From positions 10,627,172-10,691,171 of the forward strand of contig CAVNZM010000008.1 of assembly GCA_963693365.1 (NCBI GenBank): 64,000 bases of DNA, in the 5' to 3' direction. The notes beneath the pieces were generated by a model. It was not told the DNA's origin and did not search any database. It saw nothing but the letters and a program-made list of their open reading frames with translations. Positions 33,288 through 54,336 of this stretch are shown here, piece by piece. The stretch comes from Amoebidium appalachense (lineage: Eukaryota; Protista; Ichthyosporea). The position numbers and the translations under genes were made by a program. Each line of letters opens with the position of its first letter. The first letter of the stretch is position 1.

Positions 33288-35400
33288 GTGCCCCTTCTCA
33301 ACAGAGTGTCCATGTCTCAGTTCCTTCAATGTTCAAGTGTGTCCTGGTGCGAATCTCCCCAAACGTGTGACCAGGCCACACGATTTTCCATATATCCAGG
33401 GGGAGCCATGAAGGAATTTCGTAAAAAGTTTACACTGGAAACTTCTCTCACAGATGTAAGAGCGTACCTTGCCCTCCGTATAGTACAAGAAAGGTAAAGA
33501 AAAAACAAAAAAGGGTTTCAAGGCTTCTGTTTTCCATAGTCACCTGCCTAACACACATGTTTTCCAAAAAGTCAATAAAATAAATTCCTATGACCACGTG
33601 AAGTAGTACTACATGGCATTGGACATGCTACAACAGGAAGTCTGGAGGGATCTACGGTGCGTTCTAATAGCCAATCAAAAACCATTACAGATTCTGATTG
33701 GTTAAAAGGCTCAAGTTGCAATTTTCAAAAAACGACCTAAAAGGAAAGGACACTACGAGAGGTTATAAATGAAGTAGAGAGAAAACGAAAACATACCTAT
33801 AAATTTCAGTTAGAGTCAAGCTCTGATATTAATGGTGTAAATGTGTTGATATATTGTGACGTTGAGAATGAGATGAATACATTTTACCGTCATCACTCGT
33901 GTGTACCAAAGGCGCTTTGGAATGTGATGTGCGCTCGGCCAATCAAATCCCACGTTATTATTAGCCTTGCACAGGCGGTTGAAAAAAAACTGAAGCCTTT
34001 TTCTTGCCAACTTGGCGAGCGCCGGGCCCGTGCTCTGTCCCGGCCGCCATACCAGCATGTATGGCTGCAAGCTGTATGAATGTGTCCTTGGAACATGCAT
34101 ATGAAGCCTGGGGTGTTGACATATTGGCTTGAGGGTGCGGGCAATAAACGCGGTATGATGTCGTTCAAACTTTGAAATACATGTACATCGCGAACTTACG
34201 AGCAGAGACTGTCGGACAACCGACGGGCACCGACTTAGGTGGAGTGAAAATGCCTGTCGGTTGGCAAGTGACAAGAGGAAATGGCATATGGCGTGACTTC
34301 AACTATGCAAAATAGCAGGTTCGTGTATGGGATAAGAATATTCAGCAAAAATGGGAAGTTGGGCCTAGGGTCTACTAGGATATATTGTGGATCCAGGTGA
34401 CGAGGCCGATTTTCAGATCTACATATGTAGAGAGACAGTCTCAGTGAAAGATCAACTGCCCTCCTAGTATACCGTAACGTACGTCGTAGTATGTGCCGTG
34501 ATCACCAGCACGCAGAGCACGTGCCGCTACACCGCTACGTCCAGGCGTTTGCCGTGAAAACCAATTATTGTGACGGCCCCCACGCTTCCACACGGCAGTA
34601 AAGTTCCAGGGAACTAATTAGCTCAATGTGCATCGATGAACGGTTGCAGGGTGCTCAAGAGGGTAACCAGTCCAGAAATAATTATTACTCGGGATGTGAA
34701 GACTCGGTGATGCCCAGTGTATGGACTCGCGTAAGTCAGTGGCTCCCCTCCCCTCCTGCATCCCCCTATACCGAGATCTTCGACCAAAATTTTCTTTCTC
34801 ATTCTCAGATGAACATGCATATTCAGGTAGCTTATATCCAGGTTTAAAACTCTTATATATTACAGTATCAGGCCTCTCTGGGGACACATCTTCCTAGCAG
34901 GTATGAGCGACACGTGTACTATGAGGTATCTGAGGTCCGGCCAAAAATTGTGCACCATATATGGCATCTACAAACTTGCAATGACCACTCGGAAACGCAG
35001 TAAAGAATCTTTGCCCTATATCGTGGGTATATATTTGGTGTGCAGGACGTAAATTTCGAACTTCCCGCTCCCTCAACCAGGTCACCACCAAAAAAGAGGC
35101 GACGTACAGGCCTGCGCACATCCACACACCACGTGACCCGCATCTGTGACTCATGCATGTGTACCGCACACACTTTGCACATGTTGCAACACGAATGGAA
35201 ACCAATGCTTACGTGCATTGCACAGACAAACATCAGAACAGAATGCTATGCAGAGTTCAGAATGCCCACGTTCTGAAGGTACGTGCCCCCTACCAGCGCA
35301 CGATCACTGACAAGTCGGCCCTGGCTACCACCTCAAAAGGTAGCTGCCAGAATTCGGATCTACAGCTGTTCGGCAACCTGGTAAACGAAGTGAGAAAGGG
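33288..35400 (+). other. Possible fragmentary or diverged gene (exon-like pieces; first resembles a UBX/ubiquitin-like segment)
   Basis: TRFSIYPGGAMKEFRKKFTLETSLTDVRAYLAL followed by a GTAAAG donor at 33494. Further AG...GT-bounded segments near 34670-34730, 34810-34826 and 35226-35278. No consistent model could be built. Confidence 0.2.
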
Positions 35401-35712
35401 GGTTCCGTTTATTGCTACAATTAGTATACCAGTACATACATTCTTCGTGGTGTTGGCTATAGTGTAACTATGAGATATCCCGTGAACGCACTATCCCTTA
35501 TCCCCTCCACTCTACCCACGAGCACATGCGTGTTCAACCCGACTACCAATGTATCTTCTCATATGTAGGCCATTAAAAGAAACATCTGAATGTTTTTTTG
35601 GAGCGACTTCATGTGTTAGTCTACTCTGTGTATCCAACCAACAACAGTGATATTCATAGAGCGCGAAACAAGGTATCAAAGTGAATAAAGTATAGAAGAT
35701 GTGATGTAGATC

Positions 35713-42169
<6,457 letters not shown>

Positions 42170-44095
42170 TTTCACCACGTCCCCTTCCGGACAGCTGAAG
42201 TAGAGAGCGTATCTTTTTTTTCCAACCCCCCTAGTTTCTTGAGGTTCAAACGTCCAGAAGAAGCAGCTCACGCCCGTCACCCACAAAACAACGCTCGAAA
42301 CCCTCGCACTTATCTCGTAGAATCATACGCTTCAAATTTTTCTGGAAGAATGAAAACGGTACAAAAATGAATACAAAAAATAAAGATGTTTCACTGGAAA
42401 AACGGAACACGCTAGCGCTGTTGTGAGGCTCACTTCGCTCGGACGGATAAATCCCCAGCCAAGGCCCCCTGGGGTGTAGCTGGCTGCTTGTGTGCGTGAT
42501 ATTTAGCGAATGATCTCATGTTCTTATCTTATGATCGAAATCATAGGAATTTCGTTCCTTTCTGCTAATGTGTATACTCATTTGAAAACCATTTTAAGGG
42601 TTAGTTTTTAGTTTCAACAGTAAAACTAGCAGTTCTTGAGAGGTTTTTGGCCAACAAATATAATTTACTTTTTCGTTTTCATATGCTATATGAATCGGCC
42701 TACCAGTCAGGAACAAGACCGTAGTTATCTGACGTAAAAACAAACCAACGAAAGAGCACCAAAAAAACATTCCAAGTGCCAGGTTGACGACGCTTCGTCC
42801 GCCCACCGCCAGATTTCCTCAAAGCCTTCCTTTACTAACCTGCATCATAACCCAGCACCACTTCAACCATGATGCCTCATGGCCATGGCTTTCCTTTCAT
42901 TTTCTACGTCTAGGGCATTTGACTTAGCAACACCTTAATTTCGTTTTGTAACAAAGGCTTTGGCTGTTTCCCTCTCCTTCTACTCCTCACGTCTCATCCA
43001 CTTGAGCTACAACTTCTGCCAGTCCGCTTCATGGCATGGGATGCCACATTCATACTCATTCCTACTTTTTTGCTCGTTTTCAGTGAGATTCGACATCCAC
43101 ACGTGACTTCTATGCCGTCTACGCCTGGTAATTGAAGAAACATGGGGAAACGCAACAGGCAATTAGGAAGTATATAGACTGTGTGTATAATTTCTTCTGT
43201 TTGATTTCTGAAGACTGCCGTCGACTTGACTTTTCAGTTTGTGGTCACTAAAGTTTTTCCATCATCCGAACCGCCTTTTGCGCTTTTTTTCTTGTTAATT
43301 TTTTTGTATTTACATTGGCAGCCTAATGCTTTCAGCTACTGGTTCCTATGAGTCTAAGTCCTCCCCCCCCCCCCCCCCCCCCCCCCCCCTCCCCTTCACA
43401 CACACATATTGTATCATATTTCTGCACCTTGCTGTAAATACACCTAGATGCGCTGGAGCCAACCTCCCCCCCCCCCCCCCCCCCCCCCCCCCCCTTCCCC
43501 CTTCCTCCCTCCCTTTCCCCACCCCACACAGTAAAGACAAAAACAACAACTTGATAAAAAATGAATTTAGTAAACCTAACCTGGTACCTGCAGCCGAGTT
43601 CTTTGGTTCGGGAGGCTGATCTTTGCTTGTTCTGGATGTTTAAAACTTCTGGTGTGTGTTTCTTCTGCATGGCATAGTATGGCGTGCTATTGCTGTGTGT
43701 TCTTGTACCTGGTCTTGTTTTGACCTGATATTTATTGGAACGTGTGTGATAGTATGCACAGCAAACAGCTGTTGGATATAGATGCATACCACATGTCACT
43801 GTAAAAAGGCGACCTGTGTGTGCCTTTTTTTAAGCAAATGAAAAAAGATTCAGCAAACGATCCACCACAGATGGCTTGAAAACCGGGGGCACTTCACCTG
43901 GTGGCTTCACCTTCATCCCCCCCCTCCCCCCTCCCCCCCACTCGAGGCCTCCCTCCGGGGCGCACCTCCCTCTGCCCGTCCCTCCCCTCTCCCCCCTCCC
44001 CATTTCTTCTTGCAACGGCCATTCCCGTGACCCAACCTCCCTCCCCCCCCCCCCTCCCCCCCCCCCTCCCCCCTTCCTCTCCCCCCCCAACTCCC

Positions 44096-44266
44096 AGGCC
44101 TAGGCAACCTCTTTAAAAAGTCCCCCGAACTTGTTATTGTGTGTATGTGTACATGTGTGGTCGGGAAATGTGATGTGACTAGTGGTGGTAGCTACTCTGC
44201 ACCATTGCAATGCGCCCGCGCGGGTGTGTGTGTGTGTGTGTGTGTGTGTGTACATGTGTAAGAGTG

Positions 44267-44318
<52 letters not shown>

Positions 44319-44420
44319 GGAGGGGGGACGGTCGTTACTGGCACACAATTTTCTTGCACTCATCTGGGCGTCCAGTGACTGTTAGGGGGATTTTTTTTGC
44401 TGGCCGGTGTGCTAGGCCTC
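44096..44420. mobile_element. Possible MITE (imperfect terminal inverted repeats)
   Basis: GGCCTAG...AAAAAGTCCCCCGAAC at the left end versus GTTAGGGGGATTTTTT...CTAGGCC at the right end. No clear TSD. Confidence 0.25.
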
Positions 44421-44710
44421 GGCCAAGAAAAAGGCCTCATAAATAACACAATAAAGAGATGAGTGTCTGTGAAAGCTCACATCAGACTACAATACTCAAG
44501 GAGTCGATTTATATTGTTTTTGGGAGGCTCAGCATATGCAGGGACCCGTGCTTGGCACTATAGTTGGTGTATGGTGTCAAATTGCAACTGGGCTCTGTGT
44601 GAGGGTGTGGTTGCTCTGCATGGGTCGGTGGGCTGTAGCAGGTGTGTGTGTGTGTGTATGGGTGGGTGGGTGGGTGGGTGGATAGGTGGGTGGGTGCACG
44701 TGCGCATGTG

Positions 44711-44977
<267 letters not shown>

Positions 44978-46520
44978 GAGAAGGAGAGGGGGCGTTGGCC
45001 ACCACTGAGGGGACCGCCGGGGATGGGGGGGAGGGGGAGAGGGGGGGGGGGGGGGGGAGGGGGCGGGGGAGTATGGGGAAGAGATAAATCTAGTTTTCGA
45101 ATCCCCATCATCCGCAAGCTCCCCCGTTATAGCGGGCTAAGCTTAGGGCTCTCATAATTTTCCTTCTTTCTTTTCTTGAATCCAAGTATGTGGTTGGCAA
45201 GGCGTCATGTCTGAGAGGTTGAAAGGGGGTAAGTTGTAGCTCCCAGAGTCCCCCTACACCAAAGTGCTTATGACCAATACCCGGCATATTGAAATGTGAC
45301 CAAATCATTCTTTCCCGATATGTTTTAACTTGTCAGTTGTTCAATGATGATGGGATAATAGAATGTGCACACGTTTAACATTTATTTAATGTGCTTTAAG
45401 GCTTCTAATATCTGTTTAAAAATTTGCCGGATACGTTACAGCTGCTTTACATGGCCAATCAACTCAGCTACAATAGTCAAAGGAGAATACAAAATTACAC
45501 ACAGTATATCTAACAAACCTCTTTTTTTGTACTGAGCTGCTGGTAGCAAGGCAGCCAAAAATAATTAGAAACTATGGTTTAGATATGGCTAGCAAAAGAT
45601 TTTAATTAGTAGTATAAAAAAATTCTACTGAATCTTGTGCTATCGCTAGCTCTAGCCAGCAGATATCCAATCCCAAGATAGTGCTATATCACTGCTGAAT
45701 TGTTGGAATATCTTGCTTTTCCGTGGCTCAGTGGCGCGAAGATAAAGGCACACCTCACGCCCCTTCCGTGACACAGTCACTCGATTTTCTCGAGTTTTGA
45801 CCTGTTCCTTCTACACTTTTTGCGTAAAGCAACGCTTAAACATTACCCAAGGGGGGGTTTGTTGTTGCTATAACGTTGTTAGCAATCCATAAATATAACA
45901 GCTCAGATGAAGAGTGAGAGTTTCTTGGTTGCATATAGCTTTGAGTTAATCAAAACTAATCACCCATGTTTCGGTGAAGTCACAACAGATGCTGTTTTGG
46001 TGCTGGTTGTGAAGTGTTCACTGTGAAGAAAAGTCAGATTCATAGCGGCAAAAATATCCCCAGGAGCATTTAATAGTTTGTGAAGCGCCTATATTGTACG
46101 CATAGGTGCCATTTTATTAGCAATTCACAAAAACAACAGTGAGAATTACTTCCAGCCCTGCAGTGGGGTCCAGCTTTCCTGCAAAATAAGGATTTCTTGC
46201 GAAATATCGAACTGGGACACTAAGAACAAGGTAGGAAACAAGGATAAGGCGCGGATATGTGTTTTCCATACTTGTGGTTTTTACACTTTCCAACTTTTTT
46301 GTGTGTGTTTTGCACCTGCTTTTGCACGGGTGCATTGTCCGTTGAAGACTGTGTTTTTTGTTTGTTATTTGCACTTGCGTGTGTGTTGGTCGTGCTTTTC
46401 GTTTTTGTGACTGTCATTCCAACCACATAGGTGAAATGGGCGCCGGTTCAATAACAAACTACTTGTGCTGACATTTGTGTTCGTTTGCTCTTATTGTCTG
46501 CACACATGTACTCGTGGATT

Positions 46521-46662
<142 letters not shown>

Positions 46663-47320
46663 GTGTGCGTGTGCTTAAAGTGTGTGTGTGTGTGTGCTTG
46701 TGTGCATACGTGTGCGTGTGCATGTGTGTGTGTGTGTGAAACACGTGTGTGTGCGTCGCCTGCGTAAACGCTTGTGCAAATGCCTGTTGTATGTCTGCGT
46801 GGTTATCTCTCTCTGTGTGTGTTTTTTGGTGTACGTGGTCCTTTTTGAGTTTATGTGCTTGACTATGTGTGCTATACCATGAAGGCATATTTGGGTACTT
46901 GTATGCTTGTGTGTGTGCCGTATCTAACTCACTGTTGTTTTCCTGCGTTTTAGTTATTTATTTGGTGGCTTGCTGGTTTTTTGAGCGCGCGTCTCTGACA
47001 CACTCTACTTTTTTTTTATTCCGTGAGAGTATGCCAGTGTAGTCTATGTCGTGTGCAACCTTGGCTGGGCTACTGTGTGTGTTGCCCCCGAAACTCTTTT
47101 TATGCAATATTGTTTGCTTACCTGTGTGACTTGGTTTTTTCTAGCCATCTTTGTGCTAAGTAACGTCTAGTATTTGTGAATTTGGTTTGTGTGTGAATGT
47201 ATGTAACGTAAATCTAGATGTTTCCCTCCCTATCCGAGTTTATGGTTTTCGATGTTGCTGTCTCCCGCAGTGTGACATGGTGTGTTTTGTTGTGTTCCAA
47301 GAAAGGACGTTGAGGGGGAA

Positions 47321-47360
<40 letters not shown>

Positions 47361-47889
47361 GGGAGGGGGGACGTAAGTGACCTGTGGGCGGTAGTTGTAT
47401 GTTCATGGCAGGGAGTAAGTTTCTGTTTGTCTGGGGGGTGGGCAAGGGGTGCAGGCGTGGGAATTGAAAGCGAGGCTGGTTGGGGGAGGGAATGGGGGAT
47501 GGGAAGAGATGGTGTCTGTGTGTGCGTGTGTGTTTGTGTGTGTGTGGAGGGGGGGAGGGGGGGGGGGGGGGGGGGGGGGAGGGTTTAGGACACGTTCACG
47601 CACACACACAGCAAAACAAACACACATCGAGAGACAGAGTGGAGGGGGAGAGTGAGATGGGGTATCGTGTGACCCTTTTTTTCGTTTTTCCTTCCTAAGC
47701 TAAGGTTGTAAAGAGGATAAATGTGGCCGTGTTGTACATGTGCTCCCTTGTTGGGGTATTGCGGGGTTTTCTGAAGGCTGCCTGTGTTAGCCGAGTTGAA
47801 AGATTGAGGAAGGACAAGGAGTGAGACGGTGGGGTAGAGGAGACTAGTGATCTCACACTTACTGTGGAAAGTTGGGGAAAGAAGGGGGG

Positions 47890-47923
<34 letters not shown>

Positions 47924-48042
47924 CTGGGGGGGGAATGGGGGGCTGGGGTTGTAATTTTGCATTCTGCTATGCCCGATGGATCAAAAATCTGACCTACCTT
48001 CCTCCCCATCTTCCCCCCCTCCCCCTCCCCTCGTCCGCCCTG

Positions 48043-48118
<76 letters not shown>

Positions 48119-49023
48119 CCCCCCCCCTCCCCCCCCCCCTTCCCCCCCCCCCCCCCCCCCCCCGCCGCCGCCGCCCTGCGTGCTCCCCTCCCTTATTTCT
48201 TATCCCTCCCACAATCTCGCACTTTTTCTCTAAACGGCATCAAACACATCTCCCCGCACCGAACATCACCCATATTCTTTCCGCGTCTGCAAAACCGCAG
48301 TGTCGTTTGTCAGGAGGGTCCGGTGCAGCCAGCATAAGTCTTTTCAAGGGGGAGGGGGCGATAGAAACGCCAGCACCCGAGTGTGACACGACATTGTTAT
48401 TTGTGCTCTTGTGACGGGAACTCGAGAGCGTATTTTGCGTATTGATGCCGGAGGGAGGAAACCACATGGATTGAGAGTGGTGGTTCGGGGTATGTGTTGC
48501 TGATAGCATTGAGCGTGAGGGGACTCTTGAACATTTTGTTTCTTTTCTTTTCTTTTCTTTCCCGTTAAGAACAGAGCACAGAGGTGTAGCGACAGATTTG
48601 CACCTAACTGCTCGTAACTATCAGTGGAAACGGCGTTTTCTGACGACAGAGCGTAAATTGTTCGTGAACGACAGTGGTCTTCAGTTGGGAATTTTCCGTA
48701 GAAAAAGGAGTTAAATTTCCGTATTATTGAGGGCGGATGCGTGTTTGCATGATGGCACCACCCCCGCAGGGTAGGCGGTCACGGTCAAACTCCTTTCGGG
48801 GGGAAAGTTATGCACGAAGAGATAAGGGGGGAATGTGAGGTTGTAGGGAGCACGAGCGAGGGAACGGGGGATGCGAAAGCGGAGAATTGGGGGGAGGGAG
48901 GGGAGGCAAAGGGTGTGCGGGCGGTTGGACCACGGAGGAACCAACCGGAGATATTGCAGAGAAGGGTAGGTTTTTGACATGGGTTGGGGAATAACCCCCC
49001 TGCCCCCCCCCCCCCCCACACAC

Positions 49024-49422
49024 ACATCTTTACTTCCATGCAACCGGGCATGGTTGCTCTGTGTCGTGCATCTGTAAGCACATACGCGTTTTTCGCTGCA
49101 CTGCATTAGTTTGCACACACATCTTCACCGTTCTGCTCACCTTGCTTGCATAAGCAACCCTGCTCGTCTTTGATCAAGACGGGTTGACCCACCCAAGTTC
49201 AGTTGATGCTGCTGTCTGAGTTGGAGCGTCGTATATACGCGGGCTAAGGGGTCGAAACTCAGACGCAATTGATGACTTGGGCCCTCCCTGAGGATGGGCT
49301 CTGCTTATGACGCATACTGTGCGCATGGCTGATGTTGCACACTTGAATGTTTGCCTTTGCATGTGTCCTGCACCATGCTTCTCATCGTGTATGTGTACTT
49401 CGTACTGTGTTCCGCATTCAAA
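49024..49422 (+). mobile_element. Poly-C-associated element, subfamily B copy B3
   Basis: Near-identical to the reverse complement of 13576-13972. Preceded by poly-C/CA; ends CATTCAAA-poly-C. Confidence 0.85.
49149..49309 (+). ncRNA. Putative permuted/split hammerhead ribozyme (subfamily B); predicted cleavage after 49222
   Basis: GTT 49220-22; stem I GGAG(49223-26)/CTCC(49284-87); CTGAGGA 49288-94; stem II GACCC(49186-90)/GGGTC(49249-53); GAAAC 49254-58; stem III GTCTGAGT/ACTCAGAC. Confidence 0.7.
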
Positions 49423-50423
49423 CCCCCCCCCACACACACCACCACCACCACCACCCTCACCCCCTTCCTCCACGCACACAAATACGCACAAACACACACG
49501 CACACACACGCACACACACACACACACACACGGAGATAGACACACATGCGTGCAAGGACACACACACACACAACACACGTATCCCACCCTCCCCCCTGTT
49601 TCTCGGGCTGTACACGGGAACGGTAACGGAGCTACATGCATTTTCACCCTCCACATGACACGCACGCGCACACACGCACACACACACGCACACACACACG
49701 CACATACACGATGACAAACAATGACACATGCACACGAATGGGCACCTGCTCATCTACATCCTGGCACACACACGCACATGCCACAACAGCCCACACCGAA
49801 CTAAATTCATTTCTTTACCTTTCTCTCATTCTCTTTATTTTTCTCATTTTTAGGCTTTGCTGCACTTTCTTTGTTTCTTTGTGGCTTCTGATCCTTGTAA
49901 ACAACCCCCCTACGCACACGCACGCGTGAACACCACCCGCACATCCACCACCCTCTACCCCCCCCCCCCCCCCCCCCTCCCTCCCTCCCACCCTCTCTCC
50001 CTCTCTCTCTCTCCCTCTCCCTCTCCCTCCCTCCATCCCTCCCTCCCTCTCTCTCTCTTTCTCTTTCGCTCGCTCGCTCGTTCTCTGTCTCCCTCTCTCT
50101 CCCCCCCTCTCTCCCTCTCCCCCTCCCTCCCCCTCTCTCCCCCCTCCCCCTCCCCTTCCCCCCTCTCTCCCCCCGCTCCCTTTCCCAAACAATTCCCCCG
50201 CTGTTCTTCTTTCTCAGCCGGCTAGGTTTTTGGGTTGCCTGGTAAGTTTTGAAATGGGGCTCTCGTCTCTGATCTGTCCACCACAGGGTTTCTTTCTTTT
50301 TTTTTTTTTTTTTTTTTTTTTATATTATAATTCTTCTCCCCCCCCCCCCCCCCCTTTCCCCCTCCCTCCCTCCCCTCCCTTCACCCTTCGCCCTTCCCCG
50401 GCCTACTCCCCCCCCCCCCCCCC

Positions 50424-50754
50424 TTCGCTGCACTGCATTAGTTTGCACACACATCTGCACCGTTTTGCTCACCTTGCTTGCATAAGCAACCCTGCTCGTC
50501 TTTGATCAAGACGGGTTGACCCGCCCAAGTTCAGTTGATGCTGCTGTCTGAGTTGGAGCGTCGTATATACGCGGGCTAAGGGGTCGAAACTCAGACTCAA
50601 TTGATGACTTGGGTCCTCCCTGAGGATGGGCTCTGCTTATGACGCATACTGTGCACATGGCTGATGTTGCATACTTGATTGTTTGCCTTTGCATGTGTCC
50701 TGCACCATGCTTCTCGTCGTGTATGCGTACTTCGTACCGTGTTCCGCATTCAAA
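50424..50754 (+). mobile_element. Subfamily B copy B4 (5'-truncated), putative ribozyme at 50481-50641
   Basis: Matches B3 from TTCGCTGCACTGC onward. Poly-C on both sides. Confidence 0.85.
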
Positions 50755-50838
50755 CCCCCCCTCCCCCCCCCCCCCTTCCCCTCCTACCTTCTTTCCCCCC
50801 CCCCCCCCCCCCCCCCCTGGCCAAACCCTGTATACACT

Positions 50839-51815
50839 CTTCTCATCAGCAGGTCTCTAACCCACTCTGCAGAACGTTTTACGCATTTCTCCCCTTGGAG
50901 AACTTGGTCGTTGGTGCGTTTTTGTCTGATATCTAACGCCTTTCCAGGGTCCCCTGAGACTACTGACACTCTAACATTCCCTCCCCTCTCTTAATCCCCC
51001 CCCCCCCCCCCCCCCCCCCTCCCCCCCCCCTCCTCCTTCCCCTCCCATTTTCCCTGCACACTCAACAGGCCTTAACCAGCTCTGCACATCGTTAGTCACA
51101 ATCTTCTCTTATATATGAGAGAATGATCGTATTGGTACGATTTGTCTAATATCTGACGATTCTGCAGCATCCCTAAGACCCCCCCCCCCCCCCCTCCCTC
51201 CCCCCCCCTTTTCTCTCTCTCTCTCTTTTTTTTTTTTTTTTTTTTTTTTGGCGCCTGTTGTTTTGCTTGTCATTTGTTGTTCTGGTTGATTACCTGTAAC
51301 CTTCGCTTATTTATGTGTGTGTGTGTGTGTGTGTTGTGCGGGGTTGCACACACCGGTGTCTACTTTTCTTCCTACTTTTTTTCTCTCCACACACTTCATC
51401 TGTCCACTTCTGCATACCCCATTTCATAGCTATAGACACACTTCACACATTGCGTTACGCGCACGCATGCACACACCGCTCTGTTGGCGACAGCTCCCTT
51501 GGAACCCATGTGGCATGTTACCCGCCGGCGTAACATAACTCGGACTATCGATTTGGCTTTTTTCAAGCCCCTCCCCTCCCCCCTCCCCCTCGTGTTTCCG
51601 AATCACTTTTGCCTTCTATCGTACCCCCAGTGAAACAGTATCTGAGTTGGGTTTCGTTAACGAGGGGAATAGGTCGAAACTCGGGTACTGTGGATGACGT
51701 GGGCCCCCCCTGAGGATGGGCTCTGCTTATTATGCATACTCTTTATGTATGGCTTGCATTCTGCATCGTGTTATCCGTTTGTTCTTGTGTACTTCGTACT
51801 TTTTGACGCATTCAA

Positions 51816-51817
<2 letters not shown>
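50839..51817 (+). mobile_element. Deleted copy of the subfamily A monomer: internal region 50839-51570 plus truncated terminal repeat A2 51629-51817
   Basis: 50839-51570 is near-identical to 52896-53770. 51629-51817 matches the 3' part of A1/A4. Confidence 0.8.
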
Positions 51818-51863
<46 letters not shown>

Positions 51864-52076
51864 ACCACCACCACCACTGTAGTGATACATACACACATCC
51901 GCCCGCACACACACACACACACGCACACACGTGCGCGCGCGCTTGCATACAAACACAAACACATGGCCTTGCACGCATGTGTGGGCACACACACACACAT
52001 ATGCGTGTGGGCGCGTACAGGCACAAGCACGATCACCCGCAGTCACGCACATTCACACACAGTCGCACAACACGCG

Positions 52077-52127
<51 letters not shown>

Positions 52128-52586
52128 CACACACACACATGCGCGGGCATACACACAAACACAAACACATGCCTTTGCACACATGTGTGTGCGCACACAC
52201 ACACACATATACGTGTGGGCGCGTACAGGCACAAGCACAATCACCGGCAGTCTCGTACAATCACACACACAGTCGCAAAACACACACACACACACACACA
52301 AATACACCCGGCAGAAGACACACATACGGGTACACGGCACATCATGCATTGCCCAAAACAAGCACGTGCATACACGCATAGCACATATCCCCCCCTCCCT
52401 CCCCCCTCCCCCTCCCCCCCACACAAACACACACACACCCATTTTGCTCTTTCCTCTCCACCCGGGCGTACCCACTAACCATTTTCCTGTCCCCGCAGTT
52501 ATCCTGTCGACCACAATTGGGACGGTACAAATCCACACTGACCATACGCCAAACCATAGAAAAGAAGTTGGAGGAAATGTATGGAG

Positions 52587-52623
<37 letters not shown>

Positions 52624-52626
<3 letters not shown>

Positions 52627-53310
52627 ACTGCCCGTGCCTGCATAAGCAACCCTGCTCGTCTCTGATCAAGACGGGTGACCTACCCATGTTCAAGTGAAAC
52701 AGTATCTGAGTTGGGTTTCGTTAACGAGGGGAATAGGTCGAAACTCGGGTACTGTGGATGACGTGGGCCCCCCCTAAGGATGGGCTCTGCTTATTATGCA
52801 TACTCTTTATGTATGGCTTGCATTCTGCATCGTGTTATCCGTTTGTTCTTGTGTACTTCGTACTTTTTGATGCATTCAACACCCCCCCCCCCCCTTCTCA
52901 TCAGCAGGTCTCTAACCCACTCTGCAGAACGTTTTACGCATTTCTCCCCTCGGAGAACTTGGTCGTTGGTGCGTTTTTGTCTGACATCTAACGACTCTGC
53001 AGGGTCCCCTGAGACTACTGACACTCTAACATTCCCTCCCCTCTCTTACTTCCCCCCCCCCCCCCTCCCCCTTTCCCTCCTCCTTCCCCTCCCATTTTCT
53101 CTGCACACCCAACAGGTCTTAACCAGATCTGCACATCGTTAGTCACAATCTTCTCACATATATGAGAGAATGATCGTATTGGTACGATTTGTCTAATATC
53201 TGACGATTCTGCAGCATCCCTAAGACCCCCCTCCCCCTCCCCTCCCCCTCCCCCCCCCCCCCCCCCCCACCTTCTCTCTCTCTCTCTCTCCCTCTCTCCC
53301 TCTCTCTCTC

Positions 53311-53399
<89 letters not shown>

Positions 53400-53404
53400 T
53401 TCCT

Positions 53405-53439
<35 letters not shown>

Positions 53440-53500
53440 GCGCCTGTTGTTTTGCTTGTCATTTGTTGTTCTGGTTGATTACCTGTAATCTTCGCTTATT

Positions 53501-53535
<35 letters not shown>

Positions 53536-54336
53536 TGTGCGGGGTTGCACATACCGGTGTCTACTTTTCTTCTTACTGTTTTTCTCTCCACACACTTCAT
53601 CTGTCCACTTCTGCATACCCCCTTTCATAGCTATAGACACACTTCACACATTGCGTTACGCGCACGCATGCACACACCGCTCTGTTGGCGACAGCTCCCT
53701 TGGAACCCATGCGGCATGTTACCCGCCGGCGTAACATAACTCGGACTATCGGTTTGGCTTTTTTCAAGCCCAAAGCAATGGGTGATACCATATTTCCGGC
53801 TGACGTCCGGGGGCATAGCTTTCCGTTCGAAGACGATAAAGTTCCGCCCTAGTAAGCGTGTTACTACCCTGCGGCGTGGGTCAAATCTCATATTTTCCCC
53901 TCTGATTACGAATTCTGTGGCCTTCGGGACTTAATTCTTTTCAGCTGGTGTAGTATGTTAGCCAGGGAAGTATCGACTTAGGTATCGACGGGGGAGCTTC
54001 CTAGAAGCCCCGTCTCCTGAGTTCCTATCTATATTTTTCTTGCTTCTGCTTACTGCTGCAACTTTAACCCCCGGCCTTTCCCACTGCCCTTGCCTGCATA
54101 AGCAACCCTGCTCGTCTCTGATCAAGACGGGTGACCTACTCATGTTCAAGTGAAACAGTATCTGAGTTGGGTTTCGTTAACGAGGGGAATAGGTCGAAAC
54201 TCGGGTACTGTGGATGACGTGGGCCCCCCCTGAGGATGGGCTCTGCTTATTATGCATACTCTTTATGTATGGCTTGCATTCTGCATCGTGTTATCCGTTT
54301 GTTCTTGTGTACTTCGTACTTTTTGACGCATTCAAA
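52624..54336 (+). mobile_element. Retrozyme/non-autonomous Penelope-like unit: terminal repeat A3 (52624-52881), non-coding internal region, terminal repeat A4 (54041-54336)
   Basis: Direct repeats 1456 bp apart, each carrying the putative ribozyme (52641-52794, 54097-54250). The upstream repeat is 5'-truncated into poly-C. No credible ORF inside. Confidence 0.75.

Noticed and set aside
45722-45800. tRNA-like A box TGGCTCAGTGG
   Set aside because: No B box or cloverleaf could be formed.
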